DNA of 64,000 nucleotides from positions 896,001-960,000 of the forward strand of contig OY969706.1 of NCBI GenBank assembly GCA_963702095.1, written 5' to 3'. Shown one piece after another: positions 40,661 to 50,485 of the stretch (the stretch's first letter is position 1; the number at the start of each line of letters is the position of its first letter). A model generated the notes under the pieces. The model had not been told where the DNA came from. It saw only the letters and a list, made by a program, of their open reading frames with translations, and did not search any database. The DNA is from Candidatus Bathyarchaeota archaeon (GTDB lineage: Archaea; Thermoproteota; Bathyarchaeia; Bathyarchaeales; Bathycorpusculaceae). Made by a program: the position numbers and the translations under genes.

Positions 40661-41128
40661 TTATTTGCCATGTTTTGCCGGTTGCAGTGCTCTTCTAGCT
40701 ACGCCTATCCCGCTAACAGTTGAAAAAACCAGTAGCCCAACAAGCAATGCCAACTTCAGAACCGTGAACTGCTCCCCAATCGCAATCAAAACCAGTACAA
40801 TGGGCACTACAGAAATCAAAACATAAATAAAGGGAAACAGCTTCAACGCCTTCCTGTTAACATTCTCTTTTCCTCTTTTAGTGAAAAAAACATCGAACAT
40901 TTTACCCATGCCTATGGTGCAGGTTTTGCAGTAGAAGCATGAAACGCAGCCTTTCTTGCCGATTTCATAGTAGATCAAAAACCCTAACACCGCAGCAAAG
41001 GCTAAGCCTGCAAAAACGTTGAAGAGCATGCAGACAGCTGCCCCCACCAAAATCCAGGTTATGACTACCAAGTTGCCCAAGTACAGTTCGGTTTTGGTGT
41101 ATTCTCTTTTTTCTTTATCTGCTGTCAT
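40661..41128 (-). CDS. Four-TM membrane protein with a CxxCxxCxxC motif
   Basis: CVSCFYCKTC between TM pairs; 4-bp overlap with the GMC gene. Confidence 0.75.
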   Translation of the reverse strand: MTADKEKREYTKTELYLGNLVVITWILVGAAVCMLFNVFAGLAFAAVLGFLIYYEIGKKGCVSCFYCKTCTIGMGKMFDVFFTKRGKENVNRKALKLFPFIYVLISVVPIVLVLIAIGEQFTVLKLALLVGLLVFSTVSGIGVARRALQPAKHGK

Positions 41129-42429
41129 CTTACTTTTCCTGTGTTTGTTCTGATAATCTGTTTTGCTACCTTTAAGGCTAATGCAGAAGTCGTTAGCATA
41201 GCGGGCAAACCTTGGGAGCGAGGCATAAGTGAGAGGTCCGCAACCCAGAGGTCCTCTGGGAGTCCACGGGGACGCATGGTTTTAACGTCTGCCGCAGTCA
41301 AAGGAACAGTGCCGCCGATGTGGCCGCCATGTACCATCCCATCAACGAATGGACCCAAAACCCCTGATGCCGCCATAATCGCCTTCGCTTTCACCTTAGC
41401 TTCTTCTAAGCGTTTCTTGTCCAGTTCAGTCAGGGATTTAGTGACGGAGCCATCCGCCGCTACTGAGCCCTTTTCCACGTCGGCAAGCTTTATCATCATG
41501 CCTACACGGTTCTCGGCTGCTACGTCTTTCCAGGGTTTATGGAACCAGTATGACAGTATATCGAAGTAGGGCGAGAGGATGTAGTTTTCTTCTTTTATGT
41601 ACCACACCATCGGCGGTTCGTTTAGCATCTTTGCGTCTTTGCAGACGCCGCCCACAGTCAAAAGCACATCCACCCACAATGTGTCGCTAACCGGCAAGTT
41701 TGAAGCCCGAAGAATCCGAGCGGTGCCTATGCCGCCTGCAGAAAGAACCACAACATCAGCGTCCACGCGTTCAGTTGAGGCGCCATGAGTCACCATGACG
41801 CCTTTGGTCTTGCCATCTTCAACAACCACTTTCTGCACCCTGTGCTCCGTCTGCAAGGTGATGCCTTTCCCAAGCAGGTCGCGGTAGACGCGTCGGCTAT
41901 CCCATTTAGCTCCGGTGGCACAGCCCAATTCGCAGTAGCCGCAACCGACGCATTTTTGTAGGTCACAGACTTTGGGGGTTGGTTGGGGGTTGACGCCTTG
42001 TTTCTGTGCTTCATCGAACATTTTTTGGCTCAGAGGACGCCAACGCTCGCGGGGAATGGTGCAAATGGATAGGTTGTGCTCTATCTCTTCATACTCAACT
42101 GAGAGGTCTAAGCCGATTTCTCTTAAACCACGCTCAGCCCGCACCATGTCTCCGCAAGCCAGTGAGGTGCATCCGCCCTCGGTTACCCCGATAAAAATCG
42201 CCAAATCCTCGCTCGAACGCAAAGTCTGGTAGTGGGGGAAAAACCGTTTTATCGCGTTTTCGTCTTTTATTAGCCGTGAACCCCTCAAGCCGCTGAACCA
42301 CGAAATCTTGTGAGTAAGTGGGCTGAAGGATTTGCCCGCTTCGAGAATGGTTACTTCATATCCGTTTTGCGCCAGTTTGCGTGCGGCTGTTGCGCCGCCT
42401 GCGCCTGAACCCACCACTATCGCTTTCAT
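41125..42429 (-). CDS. GMC-family FAD oxidoreductase with a ferredoxin-like Cys motif
   Basis: VVGSGAGG, CVGCGYCELGC, VVLSAGGIGT, HIGGT, VADLS.MP. Confidence 0.85.
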   Translation of the reverse strand: MKAIVVGSGAGGATAARKLAQNGYEVTILEAGKSFSPLTHKISWFSGLRGSRLIKDENAIKRFFPHYQTLRSSEDLAIFIGVTEGGCTSLACGDMVRAERGLREIGLDLSVEYEEIEHNLSICTIPRERWRPLSQKMFDEAQKQGVNPQPTPKVCDLQKCVGCGYCELGCATGAKWDSRRVYRDLLGKGITLQTEHRVQKVVVEDGKTKGVMVTHGASTERVDADVVVLSAGGIGTARILRASNLPVSDTLWVDVLLTVGGVCKDAKMLNEPPMVWYIKEENYILSPYFDILSYWFHKPWKDVAAENRVGMMIKLADVEKGSVAADGSVTKSLTELDKKRLEEAKVKAKAIMAASGVLGPFVDGMVHGGHIGGTVPLTAADVKTMRPRGLPEDLWVADLSLMPRSQGLPAMLTTSALALKVAKQIIRTNTGKVR

Positions 42430-43034
42430 TTTTGTTCCCCGATTGTTATTTCGGCTATGCATGCGCTGGAGCCATCGGTTAATTTTTCTTTAAACCTCAT
42501 GGTCGCGTTTGAGGCGAGTCCACTCATTACGCCTTCATCAGCGGCGCTTAGGACTTGGCAGGTCAACTCCGAATACTCTTTAGCCAAAGCACACCTGTTC
42601 ACTGTCATAACGCCTCTAATATCATCGACCCATCTGACGTTAAATTCGATGCCTAACACGCGATACAATATCTTAGCGGCTTTTACTACATCATACGGGT
42701 TTTCCACGCCCAGTCTACGTCGAGATTCCTCTCCCAATTCTCTGCCGACTCTAAAGAGGGCTTCTCTGCCCAAAAGAACCGCACGGTTCCTTCCAAGCGC
42801 CTCAACCAAAGCCGCTACCAAAACCGAGTGCTGCTTTGCCATGACGCTTCTTCTCTCTTCAAGGTTACCAGTCAAATGGTGTACTTCGCTGCTGACCTCA
42901 AGGGTTGTGTTGTTTTTAATGACCTCTATTAGGGCACCCGTCGTTTTGGAGGCAACTCTGTCTAGTTCATGGCAAATGAGCTGTTTAGGCGTCCACCAAC
43001 CCAAAAACGTCAACCTCAACCCCATCAATCTCAC
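42426..43034 (-). CDS. V4R/ATC-hydrolase-like ligand-binding domain protein
   Basis: VNRCAL, CQVLSAADEG, G...C pattern; 4-bp overlaps on both sides. Confidence 0.65.
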   Translation of the reverse strand: MRLMGLRLTFLGWWTPKQLICHELDRVASKTTGALIEVIKNNTTLEVSSEVHHLTGNLEERRSVMAKQHSVLVAALVEALGRNRAVLLGREALFRVGRELGEESRRRLGVENPYDVVKAAKILYRVLGIEFNVRWVDDIRGVMTVNRCALAKEYSELTCQVLSAADEGVMSGLASNATMRFKEKLTDGSSACIAEITIGEQK

Positions 43035-45823
43035 TCATCCTTCTCTGCCGCACCAATATGGATGCCTTCTTTGGGTTCTGCTCCGCCATAGAGTGCGCTG
43101 ATTACCTCTGCGTTTTTCTCTGCGGCGACATTGCGTTTGAGCTTGAGGTTTGGCGTCAAATCGCCGTTTTCGATGCTTAGGGTGTTTTGGAGTAGTGCCC
43201 ACCGCTTGATTTTCTCGGGGTTGGAGAGGTTCTTGTTCATTTCTTCGATGGCGGCGTCAATCTTTTTTGAGGCTTCATTGCTCCATTTGTCTTTTTGCAC
43301 CCATAGCAGTGCGCCACAGTAGGGTTTTGATTCGCCGACAAGCAACGCCTCAGAAACACCCTTGATTTCTTTTAGCATACCCTCGATTTTGCAGGAGTAG
43401 ATGCATTTGCCATACGCAGTTTTAAGGACTTCTTTTTTGCGTCCAAGAATAATTAGGCTGCCTTCCGCTGAGATTTTGCCAATGTCGCCTGTCATGAGCC
43501 AGCCATCTTTAAGCGGCGGCTTGAGGGTTTTGTCAAAGTAGCCGACGGTAACTTGGGGACCCCTAATCATTATTTCGTCGTCTTCGCCAATTCGGATTTC
43601 GGTTTGGGGCAATGGTTCGCCGACGGTGCCAATCCTGTTCCTTCCCAACCGGTTGATTGAAACTAGCGGTGCCTCTGTCAAGCCGTAGGCATCGTATATT
43701 TCAACGCCTAACTCACGGAAGCTTCGTAGCAGTGCCTCATTACTGCTTGCTGACCCAACGATAAGTTGAGCGCACCTGTCAAGTCCCGCCCGCTTCAAAA
43801 CGCTGCCTCTTAGCAACCTCGCCAGTAAACGCTTGAAGATGCCTCTCTTCTGGTGGATGTAAAACATGCCGAGCCCATTTTTCTCTAGTCCCTCCCAAAC
43901 TTTCTCGTACAATCGGGGCACAGAAAAAAAGATGGTCGGTCTAACCAATGGTAAAGCTTCTTGGAGTTTTCTGAAGTCCTCTAAAAAGTAGATTTCTGCG
44001 GATGAGGCAGGGAAATAGTAGGGGGAATAAGCGGCTAATATGCCTTCAACTACGTGTCCCATGGGGAGAAACGATAGGTAGGTGCATTTGCGGTTTCGGG
44101 CTTTCCATGGTGAGATGGAAACGAGGGATTCTGCCATGTAGCGGAGGTTGTCGTGTCTAAAGATTGCGCCTTTAGGTTTGTCTGTGGTGCCTGAAGTGTA
44201 GCGCAACGTGGCTGTGTCGCTGAAATCGACCGGTGCATTGTATGTGGTTAATTCGTTTTGGGTTTTGGAGAGGAAATCGGTCCATGAAAGAACTTTTTTA
44301 TTGCTCGGGTTTGCACTGGTACGAGTGAAGTTTACGATTGGTATGTCCGTTTTGAGTTCATCTACCCGTTGTAGGAGCCCAGGTATGCCGATGAAGAGGA
44401 GTTTTGCGCCGCTGGCTTCCAAAATCTCATCCACATCTGGCGGCGGAGCAGTATAGTAGAGCGGTACACTGACGGCGCCGACGATGCCTATGGCTATGTC
44501 AACCATGAGGTATTTGGTGCAGTTGAGCCCCGTTAAGGCAACGCGGTCGCCTTTGCCGATGCCTATGGCTTGGAGTGAGGCTGCCGCCTTCAAGATGCTT
44601 CTCTTCATGTCCGCTGCAGAGAGCGCAATTAACTTGCCCTCAACAATATCGTAGAACATGAGAGGGTGACTTTCGCTCTCTAACCGAAACATCACTTGCT
44701 CATGCACTGTACGGTCGGAGCGGTGGAAGAAACTGTGGTAAGTGGCAAATTCTAAGAGATGGGGCAGCATCTCTTCCCAGCGCAAGTCATAGTTGCCGAG
44801 TAACAGGTCAACGTTGTCTCGCCTAAACTGCTTGTTCTCACTAAAATAAGGCGCCAACGAAACCATAGCGTCAGAAACACGCGGACTCCCCATTTTGAAG
44901 GCACGTTGGAGCCACAGGAACCTTTTGGCAGTGGACATGCTGATGTAGATTGGTTTTGGAAGATTGACACCCAAGTTGGTTTTTGCCCACTTTTGCACAA
45001 AGTCTGTTATGCTTTCAATCGTTGGTAGGGCGTCTTGGGGAGAGACCAGATGGAAAGTTTTGTCTTCCGCTCTCTTCTCAAATGTGAGTTGCACAATTGA
45101 CTTAGAAACGTAGTCAACGGGAACAACGTTGACCCTTAGCGTGCGCTTAACCGGCATAACCCGCAGTTTGCCCGTCAAGTAGAGCTTCAGCGGGAAGTAG
45201 AAGGTGTTGAAGGTTTTAATCGCGCCCATTTGCGAGTCGCCCACAATCATGGCGGGGCGGAAAACCGAGACGGGGAACTCTTTTTTGGCGTTCTGCACCA
45301 ACAGTTCCCCCTCGTATTTGCTGCGCTCGTAATCAGTGAAGAAGCCAAACTCGTCAGTTAAGTCGTCTTCGGGAACTTCCCCCGCTCTTCCGCCTGCAAC
45401 GTAAGCAGTGGAGACATGCGCGAACCTTTCCAGCCTGTGGTGCTCGTTGGCTTTTCTGGCAAAATTCAAAACGTTTCTGGTGCCTTCAACGTTGGTTTTT
45501 CTTAGCTCTTCAAGGGGCATAAACCGCCAGTCTGCAGCAGTATGAATGACATGCGTTACCCTCTTGGTGAGGGCGACATAGGCGTCGCTGCCCAGTCCGA
45601 ATTGTGGCAGGCGGGTATCGCCACAGACGACTTCAACCCTAGACCCTAAAGCATCGACAAGTTCGGGCCAATCCCACCAGTTACGGGATAACTTCCGCTG
45701 GGCAGCCTCAAGATTTTCTGCTCTAACCAACGCTAAAACAGCGACTTCTCCGTCCTCGAGAAGATAGCGGGCTACCTGTGTGCCGACAAAGCCAGTGGCC
45801 CCTGTTAAGAAAACGGTTTTCAT
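43031..45823 (-). CDS. Fusion of an N-terminal extended-SDR thioester/fatty acyl-CoA reductase and a C-terminal long-chain acyl-CoA synthetase (AMP-binding) domain
   Basis: FLTGATGFVG, HTAA, HVSTAYV, YERSK, RP..IVG; then YTSGTT..PKG, FLPMGH, YGLTE, TGDIG, GRKK, LTPNLKLKR. Confidence 0.9.
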   Translation of the reverse strand: MKTVFLTGATGFVGTQVARYLLEDGEVAVLALVRAENLEAAQRKLSRNWWDWPELVDALGSRVEVVCGDTRLPQFGLGSDAYVALTKRVTHVIHTAADWRFMPLEELRKTNVEGTRNVLNFARKANEHHRLERFAHVSTAYVAGGRAGEVPEDDLTDEFGFFTDYERSKYEGELLVQNAKKEFPVSVFRPAMIVGDSQMGAIKTFNTFYFPLKLYLTGKLRVMPVKRTLRVNVVPVDYVSKSIVQLTFEKRAEDKTFHLVSPQDALPTIESITDFVQKWAKTNLGVNLPKPIYISMSTAKRFLWLQRAFKMGSPRVSDAMVSLAPYFSENKQFRRDNVDLLLGNYDLRWEEMLPHLLEFATYHSFFHRSDRTVHEQVMFRLESESHPLMFYDIVEGKLIALSAADMKRSILKAAASLQAIGIGKGDRVALTGLNCTKYLMVDIAIGIVGAVSVPLYYTAPPPDVDEILEASGAKLLFIGIPGLLQRVDELKTDIPIVNFTRTSANPSNKKVLSWTDFLSKTQNELTTYNAPVDFSDTATLRYTSGTTDKPKGAIFRHDNLRYMAESLVSISPWKARNRKCTYLSFLPMGHVVEGILAAYSPYYFPASSAEIYFLEDFRKLQEALPLVRPTIFFSVPRLYEKVWEGLEKNGLGMFYIHQKRGIFKRLLARLLRGSVLKRAGLDRCAQLIVGSASSNEALLRSFRELGVEIYDAYGLTEAPLVSINRLGRNRIGTVGEPLPQTEIRIGEDDEIMIRGPQVTVGYFDKTLKPPLKDGWLMTGDIGKISAEGSLIILGRKKEVLKTAYGKCIYSCKIEGMLKEIKGVSEALLVGESKPYCGALLWVQKDKWSNEASKKIDAAIEEMNKNLSNPEKIKRWALLQNTLSIENGDLTPNLKLKRNVAAEKNAEVISALYGGAEPKEGIHIGAAEKDE

Positions 45824-47049
45824 GGCAGCCACTCCGGATAATTCTGCTCAAGAAATGCTTTGAAGAGCGTGATGTTTCTTTTTTCTCGTTCCCTGTACTG
45901 TTCGTAGCCTGCACGGAGTTTGGCTTTTATGGTGTCATACTGGTTGAAGAGTGTTTCCACGTTATCGCTTAGAAGCTTGTATCGCTCGGGATCCTCGTGA
46001 TCCACGAATAACTCTTCTATGCCCAGGTCACAGTAGAAGTCTCTGATTCTTAGGTCGTGCCCAATCGCGGTTTGCGGGACCTGGCTGGCTAAGGAGAGAA
46101 CTCCAGCATGGTACCTCGATGTAATCAGAAAGTCAAGACTTCTAAGGATGCTAGTCATCTGTGAAGCATTATATTCGATTGAAGTAAAAATCTTTGTTTT
46201 ATCCGCATGCTTCATTAAGCTCTGAATTTTTCTGCCGAAAGTGGCGTCCAACCCCTCCATGCTCAATAGTGCCACATGGGTGCCGTATTCTTCTATCATC
46301 TCATCGGCTTGAACTGCTAAAACATCAGCTAGTAGCTCGCTTTTTTCTTGGTTTTCTTTTGTGTGCGTGTAGTAGTAGGGCCATCGATAAAGAAACTCGC
46401 TTGACGCCCACGGTCGAATTACTACGGGCCACTTGTAAATGTCTTCGGCGGCGATGCCCACAACGTAGGATGCGTCTGGCCAAACCCGCTTCAATAGCCC
46501 CTCGTCGGCTGGTGCTGGATTGAACGAGAAGGCGTTATCCGCGGTGACTTCTATGGGGGCTTTAACCTGCCAGTTTCTGAGGCGGTCTGCGGCTTTCTGT
46601 GTCCGCGTAAGAATCAGGTTTGTTTTGCTTGCTTCCCGTCGTATTAGCCAACTGTTGAAACGTGATGCGGTGCCTGCATCTACGGAGTATGCTACGCAGG
46701 GTTTTTTCATGGTGTGGGCATATCGGGTTGCCAGCAGGTAGCTCCATAGGAGTGCTGAGCCCCAAGTGTCCATGTAGGTGCTGCCTTCAACCAGCATAAT
46801 CAAGTCGTTGTGTTTTACGAGGTTATAGATGTCCCAGTAGAAGATTGCTGGTCGGACCTCTTTGATTTTAAGTGCCTCGTTTTCCCTTAGGTATCGGCAT
46901 AGGTTTTTTACGTTAAGCGAGGGAACGGTGAGTACTGCGTTGGGTCCAACAACTGACCGTACCTCATTAAGTATTGCAAGAAGTTTCGCCTCTGCTCCGG
47001 TGTTGTTTGCGCCGTTGTAGCCGACAAGTAATATTTTTGGTGGGGTCAA
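45820..47049 (-). CDS. Polysaccharide pyruvyl transferase family (CsaB/WcaK-like)
   Basis: LVGYNGANNTGAEA, ILTR, TAD.AF, ITSRYHA. Confidence 0.8.
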   Translation of the reverse strand: MTPPKILLVGYNGANNTGAEAKLLAILNEVRSVVGPNAVLTVPSLNVKNLCRYLRENEALKIKEVRPAIFYWDIYNLVKHNDLIMLVEGSTYMDTWGSALLWSYLLATRYAHTMKKPCVAYSVDAGTASRFNSWLIRREASKTNLILTRTQKAADRLRNWQVKAPIEVTADNAFSFNPAPADEGLLKRVWPDASYVVGIAAEDIYKWPVVIRPWASSEFLYRWPYYYTHTKENQEKSELLADVLAVQADEMIEEYGTHVALLSMEGLDATFGRKIQSLMKHADKTKIFTSIEYNASQMTSILRSLDFLITSRYHAGVLSLASQVPQTAIGHDLRIRDFYCDLGIEELFVDHEDPERYKLLSDNVETLFNQYDTIKAKLRAGYEQYREREKRNITLFKAFLEQNYPEWLP

Positions 47050-47439
47050 TCTGTGTTGGACTCCTCTGTGGGGTACTTATAATTTGTGTTTTAACATGCA
47101 AGAAGATGGCTTAAAGAAAATTTGTGCATTGACTATATAGCTAACAATAGATTCCCCACTGCTTTTCTGCCCTTTCTTAATCAATTGAATCATTTTACCC
47201 CTGTTTATACTCTACTGGCTTGCTGGTTATAGCCCTAACATTTAGAGCCACTACTCCAATGTATAGAGTAACACCGGAAATTGCCCAGATATTTATCGAG
47301 GGGCGAATGCTTCAAGCCCAAAAAATTATGGTTAAACCGCTTCTTTAAAACTGTTCACACTTACCCTTGCCCAGGGAAACCTACATGTATATTAGTTGAG
47401 ATAGCGTTATTTTCCGTGAGACTTTTGGAGGTTTTAAAA

Positions 47440-47646
47440 TTGAAGTTGAGCGCAAGAAACCAGTTTAAGGGAAAAATCATATCCGTACAAAAAGGCGTAA
47501 TAACCGCAGAAGTTAAAGTTGAAATAGAAATGCCCATCACGGTGACGGCGGTAATAACCAAAGATTCTGTTGAAGAATTGATGCTTAAAGAGGGCGATGA
47601 GGTTGTGGCAATCGTGAAGTCTACTGAAGTCATCATTGCTAAGTGA
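47440..47646 (+). CDS. Molybdate-binding TOBE/Mop (molbindin) protein
   Basis: LSARNQFKG, AVITKDS..L.L..GD.V.A.VKS; TTG after GGAGG. Confidence 0.92.
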   Translation: MKLSARNQFKGKIISVQKGVITAEVKVEIEMPITVTAVITKDSVEELMLKEGDEVVAIVKSTEVIIAK

Positions 47647-47857
47647 TCTACCCTTTTACTTTGGCTTCTATTTTCTTGGTTGATTGACGCGACTTCTCTG
47701 TTTTAGGATTTCTCTGCGAACCTGTACAGCACTTCTCGATGTAAAATCTGTGAGTCCTGTGAAGAATATTTATTAATTCAGTTATAAAGGGATATTATTT
47801 AATGATAATATCGTCAATGCTCCTTCAATACAACTTACCTGTCATGAGGTAGTCAAA

Positions 47858-49186
47858 ATCACACCCCAAGATCGCACAAAGAAATTAGGTCACAAAGCCT
47901 TCGGCAATTATACTCCGGTCAATAAAGCTCTCGAACAGCTTCTCACTTCATACCAAAAAAACGGTTCCTTCACCCAAAAAACCGAACACGTGAACCTGCT
48001 GGATGCTGCAAACAGAGTTTTAGCTGAGGACTTCATCAGCCCCATAGATTTACCTCCGTTTACCCGTTCAGCCATGGATGGTTATGCCGTAATAGCCAAC
48101 GAGACCAAAGGCGCTTCCTCAAACCATCCCATCACACTTGAAGTAATAGGACGGACAAATGCTGGCGACACATCACCACTAAAGATTGGTTCCGGCCAAT
48201 GTGTGGCAGTAGCAACAGGAGCCAAGATTCCTCAAGGTGCAGACGCAGTAGTGATGGTAGAGGACACTACCGTTGATGATAAGAAAAGCCCCAATAAAAC
48301 AGTGAAAATCTTCAACGCAATAGAGAGCGGTAAGAATGTCGCTGCCAAGGGCGAAGACCTAACAAAAGGAAGAGTTATCCTTTCGCGGGGAATTTGGCTT
48401 AGACCCCAGGATGTGGGTTTGATAGCCGCGGTCGGCGTGCAGACCGTGCCTGTTATCCGTAAACCCAGAGTGGCGGTGTTTTCTACAGGCAACGAACTTG
48501 TTGAACCTGGGTCGGCGTTGACCACCGATGTGGTTCTCTTTGACAGTAATAGGTTCATGCTATCTCTTATGATAAGAGAGTCCGGCGGAGAAACCGTAGA
48601 TTTAGGAATATGCAAAGACAATGAAAGCCAAATATTGGCTACACTAAAGAAAGCCCTTCAAAGCGATGTTGTGGTCATCTCGGGCGGGTCATCGGTGGGG
48701 GAGAAGGATTTCGTTCCAGACATCATAAACAGCTTAGGAAAACCAGGCGTCATAGTGCATGGCGTCACAATGAAGCCAGGTTCACCAACCGCGCTGTCTC
48801 TTGTTGACGGAAAACCCGTTATCTCAGCCCCCGGTTACCCTGTTGCCGCTTTCTTAGCCTTCTACACGTTTGGACGCCCCCTACTCTATAGGATGCTTGG
48901 GACGAAGGGATTGCCTGAGGCAAGGGTGGTTGCAAAAATGGCGTCTGGAATCAAGTTGCAAAAGGGGGTGCGGGCGTTTGTCAGAGTTAAATTGAAGACG
49001 GTGAAAGATAAAAAAGGCACCGTTTGCTATCTGGCTGAGCCGATAAGTGCCGCTGCTGCAAGCAAACTCTCAACATTAACAGTTTCTGACTCGATAATCA
49101 TCGTGGAAGGCAAAAAACAGCTTATCAAGGGCCAAAAAGTTGAAGCCTTATTACTTAGACCCATAGGAAACGCTGAACATGAATAA
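47858..49186 (+). CDS. moeA: Molybdopterin molybdotransferase
   Basis: PPFTRSAMDGYA, TGA.IP.GADAVVM.E, STGNEL, SGGSSVG, KPG, PGYP; MoeA-like frame extends 44 codons upstream of the first canonical start (47990). Confidence 0.92.
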   Translation: MTPQDRTKKLGHKAFGNYTPVNKALEQLLTSYQKNGSFTQKTEHVNLLDAANRVLAEDFISPIDLPPFTRSAMDGYAVIANETKGASSNHPITLEVIGRTNAGDTSPLKIGSGQCVAVATGAKIPQGADAVVMVEDTTVDDKKSPNKTVKIFNAIESGKNVAAKGEDLTKGRVILSRGIWLRPQDVGLIAAVGVQTVPVIRKPRVAVFSTGNELVEPGSALTTDVVLFDSNRFMLSLMIRESGGETVDLGICKDNESQILATLKKALQSDVVVISGGSSVGEKDFVPDIINSLGKPGVIVHGVTMKPGSPTALSLVDGKPVISAPGYPVAAFLAFYTFGRPLLYRMLGTKGLPEARVVAKMASGIKLQKGVRAFVRVKLKTVKDKKGTVCYLAEPISAAAASKLSTLTVSDSIIIVEGKKQLIKGQKVEALLLRPIGNAEHE

Positions 49187-50180
49187 CCCCCTCCAGATGA
49201 TTGACGGTTTCGGCAGAGCGCCAAAGAAACTACGCATCTCAGTTACCGACAGGTGCAACATGCGCTGTGTATACTGCATGCCGCAAAAGCAGTTTTCTTG
49301 GTGCCCAAGAGCTGACCTCTTAAGCTACGAAGAAATTGCACGACTAACCCATATATTTGTGGGTCTTGGCGTTGATAAGATACGGCTCACAGGAGGCGAG
49401 CCCCTGGTTAGGCCACAAGTCGAAAAACTTGTCAGCGCCTTATCAGGGCTCGATGGCATAAAAAAGGTCGGCATGACAACCAACGGGCTTCTTCTCGGAG
49501 ACAAAGCGGACCCGCTCAAAGCTGCGGGTCTTCAAAGCGTAAACGTTAGCTTAGACTCCTTAAAACCCGACAGGTTCAAATCAATAACAGGTGTCAACGG
49601 TTTATCCCAAGTTAAAAAGTCCTTGAAAGTTGCACGCGACGCGGGCTTTGAAATAAAGATAAACACTGTGGTCATCAGGGGAAGAAACGACGACGAAATA
49701 GAAGCGTTTGCCAGGTTTGCCATGGTTGAAGGCTTCACTGTCAGGTTCATAGAGTTCATGCCGTTGGATGGGTCGCACATCTGGGATTCATCCCTCGTTG
49801 TGACAAAGGCGGAGATGATAAATAAAATTGGCAAGATGGGGCTGGAGATGTCACCAGTAAACAACAGTGCATCTGACCCTGCCCGGCTCTACACACTCAA
49901 AGGCGGAGCGGGAACCATCGGATTCATTCCCTCCATAAGCGAGCCATTCTGCAGTGCCTGCGACCGGGTCAGATTAACTTCCGACGGGAAATTCTTAACT
50001 TGCCTATTTGAACAGCCCACCTACGATGTCAAGAAACTGCTGCGCTCAGGAAGCACAGACAAGGAGATAGAGAACTATCTTTTAGATTGCTACAGAAAGA
50101 AACCCGAAGGCGTGGTAAGTATTATACGGGGTAAGAACTTGATTTCGGGGTTAAACTTGATGAATACTATCGGTGGCTAA
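49179..50180 (+). CDS. moaA: GTP 3',8-cyclase
   Basis: LRISVTDRCNMRCVYC, RLTGGEP, FCSACDR.R....CL, C-terminal IGG. Confidence 0.96.
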   Translation: MNNPLQMIDGFGRAPKKLRISVTDRCNMRCVYCMPQKQFSWCPRADLLSYEEIARLTHIFVGLGVDKIRLTGGEPLVRPQVEKLVSALSGLDGIKKVGMTTNGLLLGDKADPLKAAGLQSVNVSLDSLKPDRFKSITGVNGLSQVKKSLKVARDAGFEIKINTVVIRGRNDDEIEAFARFAMVEGFTVRFIEFMPLDGSHIWDSSLVVTKAEMINKIGKMGLEMSPVNNSASDPARLYTLKGGAGTIGFIPSISEPFCSACDRVRLTSDGKFLTCLFEQPTYDVKKLLRSGSTDKEIENYLLDCYRKKPEGVVSIIRGKNLISGLNLMNTIGG

Positions 50181-50193
50181 AAGGAGGCAGAAG

Positions 50194-50481
50194 ATGATTA
50201 AGAACATGACTACTAAAGAAGAAGCATCCGAAGCGGCTTTCAAGATAAAGTTGTTCGGAATATTTAGAGAGGCAGCGGGGGGCGAGGAAGTGGCAGTTAC
50301 CCTTCATTGCAGGCACGCCACAGTGGCTGATTTAAAAAAGAGCCTCAGTGATTGCTATCCGGCGTTGTCATCGCTCAATATGCCCTTCATTGTAGCTGTT
50401 AACAGAAAAGTCGCCGCTGACTCCACAATGGTGCAGCCAAACGACGAAATAGCCCTATTGCCCATGATATCAGGAGGTTAA
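50194..50481 (+). CDS. moaD: MoaD/ThiS/SAMP-like sulfur carrier
   Basis: VAVN..DEIALLPMISGG C-terminal GG; AGGAGG SD. Confidence 0.9.
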   Translation: MIKNMTTKEEASEAAFKIKLFGIFREAAGGEEVAVTLHCRHATVADLKKSLSDCYPALSSLNMPFIVAVNRKVAADSTMVQPNDEIALLPMISGG

Positions 50482-50485
50482 TGCA

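Noticed and set aside
42457-43101. 214-aa + strand ORF and the many other antisense ORFs in the track
   Set aside because: They shadow well-supported genes on the opposite strand and have no motifs.
47650-47850. Possible Moco riboswitch upstream of moeA
   Set aside because: AT-rich promoter-like sequence with no recognisable conserved stems.
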